A DNA stretch of 64,000 bases, taken from NCBI GenBank assembly GCA_964187785.1, contig OZ076409.1, positions 19,408,001 to 19,472,000 on the forward strand. The letters run 5' to 3'. The position numbers and the translations under genes are program-made. Below the pieces are notes generated by a model that ran no database searches, was not told the DNA's origin, and saw only the letters and a list, made by a program, of their open reading frames with translations. This document shows, piece after piece, positions 47,601 to 62,185 of this stretch. This DNA is from Amphiscolops sp. MND2022. Lineage: Eukaryota. Numbering within the stretch: the first letter of the stretch is position 1; every line of letters starts with the position of its first letter.

Positions 47601-48600
47601 CCTCCATGTGCCATTCAGACTGGAGTAACATTTTTTTCATTTCGTCCATCCGATTACCCATAGCATGAACTTTCGCGGGCTGCACGGTTGGTTGTTTGTT
47701 GCTGGAGTGCAGATTATCTCTCACAGCGCATCGCACCGCCTCAATTTGAGCGGCGATTGCTTTGTGCTGCTCCCCACACTCGGAACGGGTGTCAACTAGT
47801 CGCGCTGATGCCCGATTTGCTTCAGTTTCGGCCTCTAATATGGCGGTTCCAGCAGCCGACGCTTTCTCCACGGCTCGATAAGTTGAAGATCGTAGTGTCT
47901 AAGCTACAGATACTAAACCGTCACGCGCAGGGGGCGCACTATCACCACACTTTTCATCTCGCAAACGAAATGTTGGTGGTCGAACCTGTTGTGCTTTTCC
48001 GAAGGTCAGGCTTCACAATATGACGTCAGTGTCATTGATGCCAGGACTGCTGGTTTCGTCTGGTGCTCGCCAGCCACCCTTCAGATTCTTGTTCAGCAGT
48101 TAGATCGGAATTGGGCCAGAAGACGTTGGCGCTGAGTGACGTAGTTTGCCTAACCCGCATTTGTTGATACATTGCTCCGATTCTGTGAGATGTTAGACCC
48201 ATTCCGAAAAATTTGCTCCGTTCAATTCCGGATACATTGCTCCGTTCACTTAAATTTCTCTGAGACTGGCGAATGGTCCCTCTCAGGAGCCCTGGCAGCC
48301 TGCTCTTCTTTTTGCTGTTGTTCGGTGGTTACCCAATCAAACATTTCTCCTGAAAAAAGCGAACCACTCACCAAAAGTTTCCCAGACGGTCATTCCTGTA
48401 AATTCAGTAGCGAGCGAAGCCGAGACACAGCATCTGTCGATAACTTTTGTGCAGGTCCACGATGTGCCGATCACGTCAATCGGGCAGCTGATCACTAATA
48501 CCAGTACTGATGAGCTCAACGTGGTACAGTTTCTGCCGAATAAAGATCAGCGCCGAACGCTGGGCCACTAAGGTACACGGTGCGAAGCAGCGATTTGGGT
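44700..48600 (-). mobile_element. Heavily decayed Ty3/Gypsy element C (gag and protease-region remnants)
   Basis: Gag-like fragments (DDKAWRSIGHLEGEAQNYMI...RMQVRQAFMS; SVTTKRYEIMQR); coiled-coil-like frame 47293-47871; possible PBS TGGCCCAGCG near 48577; GC-richer than the flanks. Boundaries are approximate. Confidence 0.6.
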
Positions 48601-50705
48601 TCCGAGAGTTATACACAATTTCACCTCGGTACTGACGTGCGGTACCACTATACGTCAGTAGGAGTCATTTTTGAAACTTATTTCAAATTTTCCAAGTACC
48701 ATCACAGGCTAGCGAATTTGTTTTTTGCGTAACGATGCACCACAAATTACAATGGTGGGCTGCAATTGTTTTCCATCGTTTGGCTAAAGTGTTCAGGCAC
48801 TTCCAAAAAAAATAAAAAAAATAGTCTTTTGTGCACCATTTTGTGAAGTCTGTTTGCAACATTTTCTCATAATTACTGTACCAATCGACACCTACTTTAG
48901 TAGGCGCTGCCAGTGAGACCCTAGATGCTGTTTTTTTAGTCCAATGGAAGCTCGAGTCCTTACATAAGTTTTCAGGGGACTGGGATGATTTCAATTTTTA
49001 GATTTGTTTTAATAACGCTCAGGCCTATGGGGGTCCTCCACTCAGGTCTATTTGTAACAAAAGAAAAGCACTGACAAAGTCTAAATTAATATGGAGGATC
49101 GCAAAAAACCGTATTGGCAGTTGTGTTTTGTACTGCCAAGCTCAACAACAATTTTCTTGGGCTGCTCAAAAAGCTTGGGGACTGATGCCCAAGGCTTCGC
49201 CCTTGTCAAATTTGGTCAAAATGGCCTAATTCGACGTTTTTTCAACAAAATTAGCCAAACTTTTTGCGATTTTCACAATTTAACCCAACAAAAGGTTTTG
49301 TTCCTGACCTAGTAGGGCTGTTGGAACGGTTTTTTAGTGATCTCACTTGCCGTATTCTATTCTACAAAAATTTGGCTTTCAAAATTGGTAAAATCAACTT
49401 TTCCGCTATATGAGGTATTATAGCTAGGGTTATCGCACTCCAAATTTACAACAGCTGGTCCAAACACCCACAGGGTATTTTTCCCAGTTAGTTTACGTGG
49501 GAATACGCTTTTTTGGCTGCTAAATAGGGAAAATTGGGGATGTAACTCGATTGACGTGGGGGTACGGCAATCACAGGCGTGTGGGATGTGTGGTTGTGTA
49601 GGACGTCACGTCTTCGTGTCAGCTAGCGTTATCCTTCACTGCGCGTCCTCTCGGTCCCCATATAAATGTGCAATTGAGCTAAAATGAGGCAACAGAACCC
49701 TTTAAAACCAGTTCCGGAAAGGCCGGATTAACTTTTTCGACAGGTAAAACAAAGGCTAAAGAGGTACACTGTTCGAAACCGTCTATTTCTTGTTCCAGAC
49801 CTCGGAAACATGCAGGAAACGCGGGAATTCCGTTAGAACAAAGCCTAGTAGGCTAGAAATACGCAATAAAACTAATCCACGACCCTCCTAAACGTTTTCC
49901 TAGATCTAGACCCTCCGGGGCCGGAAAGCAGGACAGCCTCCTAGAAAGACGCAAAACTGAAAAATATCCTTCTGTGGTCGCCATAAACCATTTCCAGATG
50001 AAACGTCTGGCTGGCGGCGCACATCTAGGAAATGGGAAAATGCCTAGGGTGTTTAAACAGGAGATCGTTGTCTTACTACAGCGCTAGGCACTAGTTTTTC
50101 TGCCAAAATGGTCTCCCAAGGGATCTATTCTGACGTCAAGGGAGGCTCCTCTGTTAGAGCTACGAGGCGACGCGCCGGAACTCTCACAAGCCTGCAAAAA
50201 CCAATCCTAAGGTTCTTAACGTGTTCCCGCGACTCTTCCATACCTCCGAGGTCCAAAAACGGTTCTCAGCAGAAGTACAATATATTTGCAGAATTAGTTA
50301 TTAAATCAGCAAAATTTGGATCTGCTAGATCCAATTTCATCACAAATTTGCCAAAAACTTTAATAACAATGAAAATACTACTAAGAATTCCTCGGGCATC
50401 TTTAGGAAGGTTCCGGAGTTCTTGCAAAGATCCACTGACAGGTTGCACCTTGATTCTGGAGGGTCTCTTCCGACATTTTCCTGGATGATATGGCACACTG
50501 GGTTTCGCTTTCTTTTCAGCCTCTTCCGGGTACCTTCGGGTGTCGGGGATTACGGGATGGTCTGTTTGTTCGTTTTTCTGGTTCTTCTACGATTTTCGTA
50601 CCTGCCGGGTGGGTCATCATGAGTGTGCTTATTTGATGTCGCACGTTTCGAATTTTTCATCGAAATTTTGTAATATTGTCTGCCTGACATTACAACGCTT
50701 CCTGA

Positions 50706-50845
50706 TTTAGACGTCATTTCCCTGTTTAGACGTTATTCCCGTTTTTTAGACGTTATTCGCTAATTTTTCAGTTTAGATGTTATTCCTTTAGACGTTCTTT
50801 CCGTGGACTTTTAGACGTTATTCCTTAGACGTCATTCCGTCCTCT
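50706..50845. repeat. Cluster of TTAGACGT(T/C)ATTCC motifs, probable MITE end
   Basis: About 7 copies within 140 bp. Confidence 0.6.
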
Positions 50846-52444
50846 AGTGACTTGTAACCCTCAAAGCAGACGATGGAATCCTTCGACTTGCCTTCAATGC
50901 TGGAGTCCCCTGGACTCTACCGAACCGACGGCAAACGCACAGACGGTGTTACTTTAATTCCTTGGGAAAAGGTAAACACTTGTTATGGGTTTCAAATGTT
51001 GTCGATGCCCTCACACCCAGTAGCTTGAATCAAGACTCCTTAGGCAACCCCGGAACCACCGCCACCAATATAGAATCACGTAAACAAAAACCAAGCATTG
51101 TTTGACCTTTCAGCCGTTGTCACCGGAAGTACAATGTTGTTTAAGTGAAAGTGGGGAAATATTCTTAACGCGGCTCTGTTATATGTTCTGTTGTCGCTCT
51201 GTGATCAGCGAGCTGGCTGTTTTTTGAAGCAACGTTTTTCATTGGCTCTGCACATTAGAAATGCGGCATGTGTTCTAGGAACAGTGAGCGACAGAGATGC
51301 TTTCGATGAAATTTATTTTTAGTATTGATTACCGACACTGGCTTTCTTTGCAACTCGCCAATAAGCATGATCCGTCTCCACTACAGAGAGTTCAAACACA
51401 ATAGAATTCAAACTACATTGGTCAATTTCAATTTTTTGCGATTCAAACCCAATTTCAAACATTTGGTTCCAAAATGCAGTGCTGAAACCCGTCCAAAAAT
51501 CCTGCCTCGATGCCTGTCGTTTTCCTGTTCAAACTCTCATTTAGGAGGAAAAGAGGGCACATAAGATGTCAAATTCTTTTACCCTGACGCTGTTTAGAGC
51601 ATGTCAAAAACTGAAATTTAGTTTCCATATAAATTGGTTCAATTGATACCAATTTCCATTGTCGCATAACTTTGTCACGATTCTGTGAAATGTTAGACCC
51701 ATTCGGAAAAAATTGAAGGTTAGACGGAGTTACTTTGATCCAATCGGGATTTTTTTGTTAAACTCTTACGTGTTCTGTCAATTTCAAACTCAAACTACGC
51801 AACGGGGTTTGGGGTCAAATAAAAAGACAAGTTGGAACTGATCTTAAACTCAATCTCAAAAAAGTCAAGCACTTGATATCCCTGATCCATTATTATTGAG
51901 GGCAATCGACACCTTTTTGAATTTGTATGTATCCTAACAATCGAGTTTCCGAACAACCAATTTGTGCAATGGTCCTGAGAAGGTCACACGTTCGTCTATC
52001 AAAAGAAGAAGATCTTGCGCCTACTTTCAAGCAACAAGAATTATTTTATTTCTGAAACCGGTTAGAAACATCCTGTAAATTGAAACACCTCACATATATC
52101 AATACAGTTTGGGGTATTCCTAGAGACTCGATTATTCATTTGAAGTACATAGATGTCCCTAGGATGTCCGGACTTGCGTTCTGTTTCGTTAAAGGGTTGT
52201 ATAATTGTAATCAATTATGTCCAGTGATCTGTTAAATCCAATCGGTCACAACTACATTCGACTGAAAAACGTCTGCGGATAAATGATCAACAATTTTACA
52301 ACGGGACGGTTTACATGGTCTTTCTTGGACGAAGAGTGCTGGTCGCTTCTCACGTCTTGCTACTCTCAATTCTCTTATGAAGCAGACGCTAGAATGTCTC
52401 TACTTGCCTTCAATGCTCGAGCTGCGTGGACTGTACCAAACTGA

Positions 52445-53909
52445 TGACAAAGTTCTCAATTTTTTTGATGATGGCAAAGACTTTTTGTCTCAAAACCTTA
52501 ACAAACCTTGTGAATGTAATTCTCGAAGGAAAAGTACCTTTCGAATTTCGGCCGTACTTCTTTGGTGCGAAACTAATTACGCTAAAAAAACCTGATGGAG
52601 GACTTCGTGTCCAGTTTGATTTTCGGATTCCTTCCAGGATCTGATTGACAGTTTGGAGTCGAAAATAAACTTATGGCATCTTGACGTTGGAAATCTAATT
52701 GATGAGTACAAAACCGTTTTGAAAGATCTCAAAAAATAGTTGAAGCGGAAAAAACGCTGGGACTCAAAATTAAACCCACGAAATGCGAGTTTTTTTCCCT
52801 GGGGACATCACTGAAAAACGCCGATTGACAATTTTAGCATCTTTTCAAAAACTTTGCCCCGGGAACAAAAGACCAAAGAAAGATGAATTTATCATTCTTG
52901 GTTCACCGCTCGGCCCGAAATCACAAGCAGACTTATTGGAAAAGAAAATCAATGAACTGGAAAATGTTAATGGAATTGTTGAAATACTAGATGCGCACTA
53001 TGGTTTTTTTATGTTGAAAAATTGCTTCAGTCTGCCAAAGTTGTTGTACTTCCTGAGAACAAGTACATGTTTTAAAAATCCAGCTCTCTTGGAAAAGTAT
53101 GACAAAACCGTACGCAACGGGCTTTCCAAAGTGTGTAATGTGAACTTCGACGATATTTCGAGTACTCAGCTGGCTCTGCCCGCTGAAATGGGTGGTCTTG
53201 GGGTGTCATCCGCATCTTTATTAGAACTTCACGCCTTTTTAGCTTCAGCTTTTGGTGCGAGTGACTTTCTCACGACTATTTTCTTGGGAACATTTGAAGC
53301 TGTTTCATTTACAAAAGCGCTTGAGAAATTGTTGAGTTTGACAAATGAAAAGGAAAGTCCACTCGATGGAACCCAGAAAAATTGGACACAACCTGTCTTC
53401 GTCAAAACCGCCCAGAATTTGATTTCTAGAATGGATGACAAACGTTCGAAAGTTTTCAACGCTCATCAAGGTACATTCGGGTCTCGATGGCTGAATGTCG
53501 TTCCTTGTAAGAACCTAGGCCTGAAACTTGATGATCAGCAACTTCGGATTTCAATTGGTTTACGTCTCGGAGCCAACATTTGTAATGCGCATACGTGCCA
53601 GTGTGGTAAAAGAGTTGAACGGGACGGCTTACACGGTCTTTCTTGCACCAAGAGTGCTGGTCGCTTCTCACGTCATGCCACTCTCAATTCTCTCATAAAG
53701 CAGACGTTGGTATCTCTCGACTTGCTTTCAATGCTCGAAACGCGTGGACTGTACCGAACCGATGGCAAACGCCCAGACAGTGTTACCATGATTCCTTGGG
53801 AAATGGGTAAACAGCTGGTGTGGGATGTCACGGTTGTGGATGCTCTTGCACCCAGTCGCCTGAATCACGGCTCTTTATGAAACCCGGGAACCACCGCCAA
53901 CGAGGCCGA
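52445..53909 (+). pseudogene. CRE-like non-LTR retrotransposon RT/REL fragment, copy 1
   Basis: KKPDGGLR, ILGSPLG, LPAEMGGLG, CQCG...HGLSC zinc knuckle, RHATLN, KRPD, WDVTVVD (restriction-enzyme-like, REL, endonuclease). Confidence 0.85.
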
Positions 53910-55389
53910 TGGGAAAAGGTAAACACTTGTTATGGGTTTCAATTGTTGTTGATGCCCTCACACCCAGTAGCTTGAATCAAGACTCCTTAGGAAACCCCGG
54001 AACCACCGCCACCGATGTAGAATTACGTATACAAAAACCAAGCATTGATTGACCTTTCAGCCGGTGTCACCAGTAGTACAATGTTCTTTAAGTGAAAGTG
54101 GGGTAATATTCTTAACGCGGCTCTGTTATATGTTCTGGTGTCGCTCTGTGATCAGCGAGCTGGCTGTTTTTTGAAGCAACGTTTCTCATTGGCTCTGCAC
54201 ATTGGAAATGCGGCATGTGTTCTAGAAACAGTGAGCGACAGAGATGCTTTCGATGAAATTTATTTATAGTATTGTTTACCGACACTGGCTTTCTTTGCAA
54301 CTCGCCAATAAGCATGATCCGTCTCCACTACAGAGAATTCAAACACAATAGAATTCAAACTACATTGGTCAATTTCATGTTTTTGCGATTCGAACCCAAT
54401 TTCAAACATTTGGTTCCAAAATGCAGTGCTGAAACCCGTCCAAATATCCTGCCTCGATGCCTGTCGTTTTCCTGTTCAAACTTTCATTTAGGAGGAAAAG
54501 AGGGCACATAAGATGTCAAATTCTTTTACCCTGACGCTGTTTAGAGCATGTCAAAAACTGAAATTTAGTTTCCATATAAATTGGCTAATTTGATACCAAT
54601 TTCCATTGTCGCATACTTTTGTCACGATTCTGTGGAATGTTAGACCCATTCCGAAAAATTTGAAGGTTAGACGGAGTTACTTTGATCCATTCGGGATTTT
54701 TTTGTTAAACTCTTACGTGTTCTGTCAATCTCAAACTCAAACTACGCAACGGGGTTTGGGGTCAAATAAAAACCCAAGTTGGAACTGATCTCAAACTCAA
54801 TCTCAAAAAAGTCAAGCACTTGAAATCCCTGATCCAATATTATCGAGGGCAATCGACCTTTTTGAATTTGTATGTATCCTGACAATCGAGTTTCCGAACA
54901 ACCAATTTGTGCAATGGTCCTGAGAAGGTCACACGTTCGTCTATCAAAAGATGAGGATCTTGCGCCTACATTCAAGCAACAAGAATTATTTTATTCCTGT
55001 AACCTGTTAGAAACATCCTGTAAATTGAAACACCTCACATATATCATTACAGTTTGGGGTATTCCTAGAGACCCGATTTTTCATTTGAAGTTTATAGATG
55101 TCCCTAGGATGTTCAGACTTGCGTTCTGTTTTGTTAAAGGGTTGTATAATTGTAATCAATTATGTCCAGTGATCTGTTAAATCCAATCGGTCACAACAAT
55201 ATTCGACTGAAAAACGTCTGCGGATAAATGATCAACAATTTTACAACGGGATGGTTTACATGGTCTTTCTTGGACGAAGAGTGCTGGTCGCTTCTCACGT
55301 CTTGCTACTCTCAATTCTCTTATGAAGCAGACGCTAGAATGTCTCTACTTGCCTTCAATGCTCGAGCTGCGTGGACTGTACCAAACTGA

Positions 55390-57227
55390 TGACAAAGTTC
55401 TCAATTTTTTTGATGATGGCAAAGACTTTTTGTCTCAAAACCTTAACAAATCTTGTGAACGTAATTCTCGAAGGAAAAGTACGTTTCGAAATTCGGCCGT
55501 ACTTCGTTGGTGCGAAACTAATTACGCTAAAAAAAGCCTGATGGAGGACTTCGTCCTATCGCTGTAGGCAATGCCTTCCGACGGGTTTCCGCAAAATGTG
55601 CCGGATACCATGTCTTCGAATCACGTCAGGCAAGATACGGAAGTCGACAAGTAGGTGTAGGAACAAAAATGGGCGCTGAATTGGCCTCACATGTTTTCAG
55701 TTGTTTGATAGAAAACCCCCAGCCCAAAGAAAACGTAATTTTGAAAATTGACTTTGAAAACGCTTTCAATTCAATAAACCGACAGTTCATGCTAGAGAAA
55801 ACCTTCGAAATACACCCTGATGTTTATAAGTACTCACACACGGCGTACAGTCAACCAAGATTCCTTTTTTTACGGTAATTCAGTTATCAAATCTTGTGAA
55901 GGGACCCAGCAAGGAGATCCTGAGTGTCCAGCTTTATTTTCGGATTCCTTCCAGGATCTGATTGACAGTTTGGAGTCGAAAATAAACTTATGGCACCTTG
56001 ACGTTGGAAATCTAAGTGATGATTACAAAACCGTTTTGAAAGATCTCAAAAAAATAGTTGAAACGGAAAAAACGCTGGGACTCAAAATTAAACCCACGAA
56101 AAGCGAGTTTTTTTTCCTTGTGGACATCACTGAAAAACGCCGATCGACAATTTTAGCATCTTTCCAAAAACTTTGCCCCGGGAACAAAAGACCAAAGAAA
56201 GATGAACTTATCATTCTTGGTTCACTGCTCGGCCCGAAATCTCAAGCAGACTTATTGGAAAAGAAAATCAATGAACTGGAAAAAGTTAATGGAATTGTTG
56301 AAATACTAGATGCGCACTATGGTTTTTTTATGTTGAAAAATTGCTTCAGTCTGCCAAAGTTGTTGTACGTCCTGAGAACCAGTACATGTTTCAATCATCC
56401 AGCTCTCTTGGAAAAGTATGACAAAACCGTACGCAACGGGCTTTCCAAAGTGTGTAATGTGAACTTCGACGATATTTCGAGTACTCAGCTGGCTCTGCCC
56501 GCTGAAATGGGTGGTCTTGGGGTGTCATCCGCATCTTTATTAGCACTTCACGCCTTTTAGCTTCAGCTTTTGGTGCGAGTGACTTTCTCACGACTATTTT
56601 CTCGGAAACATTCGAAGCTGTTTCATTTACAAAAGCGCTTGAGAAATTGTTGAGTTTGACGAATGAAAAGGAAAGTCCTCTCGATGGAACCCAGAAAAAT
56701 TGGAAACAACCTGTCTTCGTCAAAACCGCCCAGAATTTGATTTCTAGAATGGATGACAAACGTTCGAAAGTTTTCAACGCTCATCAAGGTACATTCGGGT
56801 CTCGATGGCTGAATGTCGTTCCTTGTAAGAACCTAGGCCTGAAACTTGATGATCAGCAACTTCGGATTTCAATTGGTTTACGTCTCGGAGCCAACATTTG
56901 TAATGCGCATACGTGCCAGTGTGGTAAAAGAGTTGAACGGGACGGCTTACAAGGTCTTTCTTGCACCAAGAGTGCTGGTCGCTTCTCACGTCATGCCACT
57001 CTCAATTCTCTCATAAAGCAGACGTTGGTATCTCTCGACTTGCTTTCAATGCTCGAAACGCGTGGACTGTACCGAACCGATGGCAAACGCCCAGACAGTG
57101 TTACCATGATTCCTTGGGAAATGGGTAAACAGCTGGTGTGGGATGTCACGGTTGTGGATGCTCTTGCACCCAGTCGCCTGAATCACGGCTCTTTATGAAA
57201 CCCGGGAACCACCGCCAACGAGGCCGA
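55390..57227 (+). pseudogene. CRE-like non-LTR RT/REL fragment, copy 2 (most complete)
   Basis: Adds RT motifs GGLRPIAVG, KIDFENAFNSINR, GTQQGDP and WHLD(V/D)G; frameshifted. Confidence 0.88.
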
Positions 57228-58709
57228 TGGGAAAAGGTAAACACTTGTTATGGGTTTCAATTGTTGTTGATGCCCTCACACCCAGTAGCTTGAATCAAGA
57301 CTCCTTAGGAAACCCCGGAACCACCGCCACCGATGTAGAATTACGTATACAAAAACCAAGCATTGATTGACCTTTCAGCCGGTGTCACCAGTAGTACAAT
57401 GTTCTTTAAGTGAAAGTGGGGTAATATTCTTAACGCGGCTCTGTTATATGTTCTGGTGTCGCTCTGTGATCAGCGAGCTGGCTGTTTTTTGAAGCAACGT
57501 TTCTCATTGGCTCTGCACATTGGAAATGCGGCATGTGTTCCAGGAACAGTGAGCGACAGAGATGCTTTCGATGAAATTTATTTATAGTATTGTTTACCGA
57601 CACTGGCTTTCTTTGCAACTCGTCAATAAGCATGATCCGTCTCCACTACAGAGAGTTCAAACACAAGGGAATTCAAACTACTTTGGTCAATTTCAATTTT
57701 TGGCGATTCAAACCCAATTTCAAACATTTGGTTCCAAAATGCAGTGCTGAAACCCGTCCAAAAATCCTGCCTCGATGCCTGTCGTTTTCCTGTTCAAACT
57801 CTCATTTAGGTGGAAAAGAGGGCACATAAGATGTCAAATTCCTTTACCCTGACGCTCTTTAGAGCATGTCAAAAACTGAATATTAGTTTCCATATAAATG
57901 GGTTATTTTGATATCAATTTCCATTGTCGCATAATTTTGTCACAATTCTGTGAAATGTTAGACCCATTCCGAAAAATTTGAAGGTTAGACGGAGTTACTT
58001 TGATCCATTCGGGATTTTTTTGTTAAACTCTTACGTGTTCTGTCAATCTCAAACTCAAACTACGCAACGGGGTTTGGGGTCAAATAAAAACCCAAGTTGG
58101 AATTGATCTCAAACTCAATCTCAGAAAAAAGTCAAGCACTTGAAATCCCTGATCCAATATTATCGAAGGCAATCGACCTTTTTGAATTTGTATGTATCCT
58201 GACAATCGAGTTTCCGAACAACCAATTTGTGCAATGGTCCTGAGAAGGTCACACGTTCTTCTATCAAAAGATGAGGATCTTGCGCCTACTTTCAAGCAAC
58301 AAGAATTATTTTATTCCTGTAACCTGTTGAAAACATCCTGTAAATTGAAACACCTCACATATATCATTACAGTTTGGGGTATTCCTAGAGACTCGATTAT
58401 ACATTTGAAGTACATAGATGTCCCTAGGATGTCCGGACTTGCGTTCTGTTTCGTTAAAAGTTTGTATAATTGTAATCAATTATGTCCAGTGATCTGTTAA
58501 ATCCAATCGGTCACAACTATATTCGACTCAAAAACGCCTGCGGATAAATGATCAACAATTTTACAACGGGACGGTTTAAATGGTCTTTCTTGGACGAAGA
58601 GTGCTGGTCGCTTCTCACGTCATGCTACTCTCAAATCTTTTATGAAGCAGACGCTAGAATGTCTCTACTTGCCTTCAATGCTCGAGCTGCGTGGACTGTA
58701 CCGAACTGA

Positions 58710-61340
58710 TGGCAAAGTTCTCAATTTTTTTGATAATGCCAAAGATTTTTTGTCTCAAAGCCTTAACAAATCTTGTGAAAGTAATTCTCGAAGGAAAAGT
58801 ACGTTTCGAAATTCGGCCGTACTTCTTTGGTGCGAAACTAACTACGCTAAAAAAAGCCTGATGGAGGACTTCGTCCTATCGCTGTAGGCAATGCCTTCCG
58901 ACGGGTTTCCGCAAAATGTGCCGGATACCATGTCTTCGAATCACGTCAGGCAAGATACGGAAGTCGACAAGTAGGTGTAGGCACAAAAATGGGCGCTGAA
59001 TTGGCCTCACATGTTTTCCGTTGTTTGATAGAAAGCCCTAGCCCAAAAAAAACGTAAGTTTGAAAATTGACTTTGAAAAGGCTTTCAATTCGATAAATCG
59101 ACAGTTCATGCTAGAGAAAACCTTCGAAATACACCCTGATGTTTATAAGTACTCACACACGGCATACAGTCAACCAAGTTTTCTTTTTTTTTACGGTAAT
59201 TCAGTTATCAAATCCTGTGAAGGGACCCAGCAAGGAGATCCTGAGTCTCCATTTTTTTCGAATTCCTTCCAGGATCTGATTGACAGTTTGGAGTCGAAAA
59301 TAAACTAATGGCACCTTGACGATGGAAACATAAGTGATGATTACAGAACCGTTTTGAAAGATCTCAAAAAAATACTTGTAGCGGAAAAAATGCTGGGACT
59401 CAAAAATAAACCCACGAAATGTGAGTTTTTTTCCTTGGGGACATCACTGAAAAACGCCGATCGACAATTTTAGCATCTTTCCAAAAACTTTGCCCCGGGA
59501 ACAAAAGACCAAAGAAAGATGAACTTACAATCTTGGTTCACCGCTCGGCCCGAAATCTCAAGCAGACTTATTGGAAAAGAAAATCAATGAACTGGAAAAT
59601 GTAAATGGAAATGTTGAAAAACTAGATGCGCACTATGGTTTTTTTTGTTGAAAAATTGCTTCAGTCTGCCAAAGTTGTTGTACTTCCTGAGAACCAGTAC
59701 ATGTTTCAATCATCCAGCTCTCTTGGAAAAGTATGACAAAACCGTACGCAACGGGTTTTCCAAAGTGTGTAATGTGAACTTCGACGATATTTCGAGTACT
59801 CAGCTGGCTCTGCCCGCTGAAATGGGTGGTCTTGGGGTGTCATCCGCATCTTTATTAGCACTTCACGCCTTTTAGCTTCAGCTTTTGGTGCGAGTGACTT
59901 TCTCACGACTATTTTCTCGGAAACATTCGAAGCTGTTTCATTTACAAAAGCGCTTGAGAAATTGTTGAGTTTGACGAATGAAAAGGAAAGTCCACTCGAT
60001 GGAACCCAGAAAAATTGGACACAACCTGTCTTCGTCAAAACCGCCCAGAATTTGATTTCTAGAATGGATGACAAACGTTCGAAAGTTTTCAACGCTCATC
60101 AAGGTACATTCGGGTCTCGATGGCTGAATGTCGTTCCTTGTAAGAACCTAGGCCTGAAACTTGATGATCAGCAACTTCGGATTTCAATTGGTTTACGTCT
60201 CGGAGCCAACATTTGTAATGCGCATACGTGCCACTGTGGTAAAAGAGTTGAACGGGACGGTTTACACGGTCTTTCTTGCACCAAGAGTGCTGGTCGCTTC
60301 TCAAGTCATGCCACTCTCAATTCTCTCATAAAGCAGACTTTGGTATCTCTCGACTTGCATTCAATGCTCGAAACGCGTGGACTCTACCGAACCGATGGCA
60401 AACGCCCAGACAGTGTTACCATGATTCCTTGGGAAATGGGTGAACAGCTGGTGTGAGATGTCACGGTTGTGGATGCTCTTGCACCCAGTCGCCTGAATCA
60501 CGGCTTTTATGTAACTGGGGAACCACCGCCACCGAAGCCAAAGCGCGTAAAATTGAGAAGAAATTCCATCGAAAGAATTAGAAGACAATAGATACATTTT
60601 TCAACCGGTGGCCTTGGAAGTGGGAACAGGACGTTTCGGCAAAAAAAAATTTCGAGACGTTTCGGCAAATTTTTCATGCCGAAACGTCCCGTATTTTCTT
60701 GGTCCCGTATTATCTTGGTTTTGTTTTTGGTTTTCTACAAACTGGTTAGGTCTTGTTTGTAGAATGCCAGTTTGTAGAATTCTGGAAATGAAGAAAAACG
60801 ATAAGACCATTAATGTAGGAATGATGGAAAGCATAAAACGTGCCTCGGATATGTCCCCATTTCCTCCAGTGACCCGCGGCCCCTTGGGACCGCTTATATA
60901 CCCATCTTGCTAAGCGAGGTTGAACAGGAGCAAAGACCTAGCGGGAACGGAGATCGCGAAGCAATCGTAGTGGGAGCTGGTCTTTGCGACGGTGAGGGCG
61001 AGCGTGCATACACCGGATATACCCCACATATCATACGAAACGTTTCGGCAAATTATTTTAGCCTGAGACGTTTCGGCATGTTTTTTGCCGAAACGTCCGC
61101 TGCCTTCTTTTTGCCGAAACGTCTTTTGCCGAAACGTCCGGAATCCTTGGAAGTACTGGGTTCTTTAGGCGAGAGCGGTGAAGTTTTCATCACGCGTCTC
61201 TGTAAAATGCTCTGTCGCTCGCACGACGATCAACGAGCTGGCAGCTTTTTGAAGCAGCGGATTTCAATGGCTCTTCAGATCGGTAGTTCGGCCTGTGTTC
61301 TGGGAACTGTGAGCGACAGAGATGCGTTCAAAGAAATTAC
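58710..61340 (+). pseudogene. CRE-like non-LTR RT/REL fragment, copy 3, including the 3' end; interrupted by a MITE
   Basis: Same motifs, continuing to ALEVLGSLGE...FLKQRISMALQIGSSACV. Confidence 0.85.
60622..61146. mobile_element. MITE, Mutator-like
   Basis: Ends GGGAACAGGACGTTTCGGC / GCCGAAACGTCCGGAATCC; repeated ACGTTTCGGC motifs; TTGGAAGT duplicated at 60614-60621 and 61147-61154 (8-10 bp depending on the end chosen); removing it restores the CRE frame. Confidence 0.85.
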
Positions 61341-61559
61341 AAAAAGTTTTTTTTTCAAAAAACTCTATCATTGCAGCTTCAAAAAAAATTCTACCGGTCG
61401 ACTGCGATAGTGGCTGGTATGAGTAGTTTGTTGGTTGTCATTTTGTTACTGGTGTACTGGGATAGTGGACCACGGGTGTGTGTCTTCTCCCCCCAACATG
61501 ATGGTACACATGGCATTTGATTGATGACGAAGATCCATGATATCTGATAGAGAAGAAAA

Positions 61560-62185
61560 AAACTGATGCCAAACGCCCAGACGGTGTTATCATGATTCCT
61601 TGGGAAATGGGTAAACAGCTGGTGTGGGATGTCACGGTTGTGGATGCTGTCAACGCTCCTTATGCGACCCGGGAACCACCGCCACCGAGGTTGAACCGCG
61701 TAAAATTGAGAAGTATCGCGAATTAGTAGACCACGGATACATGTTTCAACCTGTGGCTATGGAAGTACAGGGTTCTTCAGGCGAGAAGATTGGAATTTTT
61801 GGGTGGCTGTAAATAGGTCGAATTTTTCTGGTCGAAAGGACAGAGGTCGAACCTTTCGATCGAATTGCAGGGATCGAATGGAATGCGGTCGAATTTTATC
61901 GTATTTGTTGTATGGCTCGGTCGCTTCGCTCCCTTCGCCAAGTAGCAACATTGAGGCATGGCCATATGGCACGTCGCTTCGCTCCTGCATTCAGGGCACT
62001 AGGGGTATGTGAACTTATCTGACTACGTTATAAAAATTTTGATCCGAGTTGTTTCGATCCCATTCAAAAAATTGGTATGTCGACCTGAGGACCAACTCTG
62101 ATTTTCGATCCCGTTCCTTCGACCTATTTGCTCCCACCCGAAATTTTTTATCACGTGTCTCTAGAATGCTCTGTCGTTCGCACGG
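61560..62185 (+). pseudogene. Additional CRE-like REL 3' fragment (split by the MITE at 61801-62139)
   Basis: KRPDGVIMIPWEMGKQLVWDVTVVD and KIEKYRELVDHGYMFQPVAMEV. Confidence 0.75.
61801..62139. mobile_element. MITE, Mutator-like, 9-bp TSD
   Basis: Imperfect TIRs GGGTGGCTGTAAATAGGTCGAA / TTCGACCTATTTGCTCCCACCC; flanks GGAATTTTT / GAAATTTTT. Confidence 0.8.

Larger units (their letters stand above)
50963..60540 (+). repeat. Tandem triplication with a 3318-bp unit
   Basis: Units start at tgggaaaaggtaaacacttg (50963, 53910, 57228); unit 1 lacks ~371 bp (equivalent to ~55555-55925). Confidence 0.92.

Noticed and set aside
51330..52250. Minus-strand APE endonuclease remnant (NVGARS...IGCSETRL) in each tandem unit
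   Set aside because: Only a weak two-motif resemblance; the remaining APE motifs were not found.
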